Of a DNA stretch of 64,000 nucleotides, positions 63,502-64,000 are shown piece after piece. Source of the stretch: Anthoceros angustus. Its lineage: Eukaryota; Plantae; Anthocerotophyta. The stretch lies in contig MU008189.1 of assembly GCA_010909165.1 (NCBI GenBank), positions 248,001-312,000 of the forward strand, in the 5' to 3' direction. The translations under genes and the position numbers were made by a program. Numbering within the stretch: position 1 is the stretch's first letter; every line of letters starts with the position of its first letter. The notes under the pieces are model-generated. The model was not told where the DNA came from. It did not search any database and worked only from the letters and a program-made list of their open reading frames with translations.

Positions 63502-64000
63502 TGTTACGGGGCAGCTCCAGTTTCCAGCTTCAGGGAATGGACGTTTTTTCTATGTTCGGAATGGCTACAAATACATGTGTGTGAGCAAGGCCAAGAAGGC
63601 TGTGTCTGCCCGTCTAACTACCCTATTTCTTGGGGTTTTACTGGTACAACGGCTTTTGGTTATCAGACTATCTTATTTACTGCTATTTATCTATTTAGTT
63701 ATTTATCATTTTATATCAGCTGATTATACAAGGGAAAATACGTGTATTTCGTAGGGTTCCCGCTACCTGGTCATGGTAGCATCGGCTCCATGGTTGTGCG
63801 GTGGATGACCTGAGTGGCCTGCTCGTCATCGGTTGTTTCAGATCGACACCATAACAAACATGGAGTGAACTTTAGTATAAACTTAAAAACAAAACCTATA
63901 CTACCTATATTTCGACATAGACCTACTTTCATAACCAATTCATTATATCTTTAAACTTGTGATAAAGTCGGCTTCACATTATAATTTTAATAATATTTAA
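63502..64000 (-). mobile_element. 5' LTR of the minus-strand gypsy element; its far end is not located
   Basis: Ends in ...GTAACA four nucleotides before the PBS. Confidence 0.75.

Overview
Eukaryotic nuclear DNA from a land plant. The roughly 70-130 nt GT-AG introns, compact genes and PLS-PPR style suggest a bryophyte such as a hornwort (inference only). Repetitive parts carry many small indels typical of uncorrected long reads. The left ~29 kb is gene-rich: a PLS-class PPR gene head-to-head with a J-domain gene, a PP2A B55 subunit, two copies of a STIG1-like/proline-rich chimera, a class III peroxidase with a partial copy, Ty1/copia remnants, a LOG2/MGRN1-type RING E3 ligase and a secreted Gnk2/DUF26-like gene. 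The right ~35 kb is a nested transposon cluster. Its most notable part is an 11.8-kb DNA transposon (32120-43933) with perfect 30-bp TIRs and a 4-bp GGCA TSD, inserted in a Ty3/gypsy pol gene. It encodes a Sola1-like DDD/E transposase and, divergently, an accessory gene with a ParB-like GGNH motif, PHD-finger-like segments and a possible beta-class amino-methyltransferase-like region. Its non-coding parts are rich in a GGCATGC motif. A related 1.5-kb TIR element (44410-45933) sits about 480 bp away in the same retroelement. A second, truncated Gnk2-like paralog and several Ty3/gypsy fragments follow.
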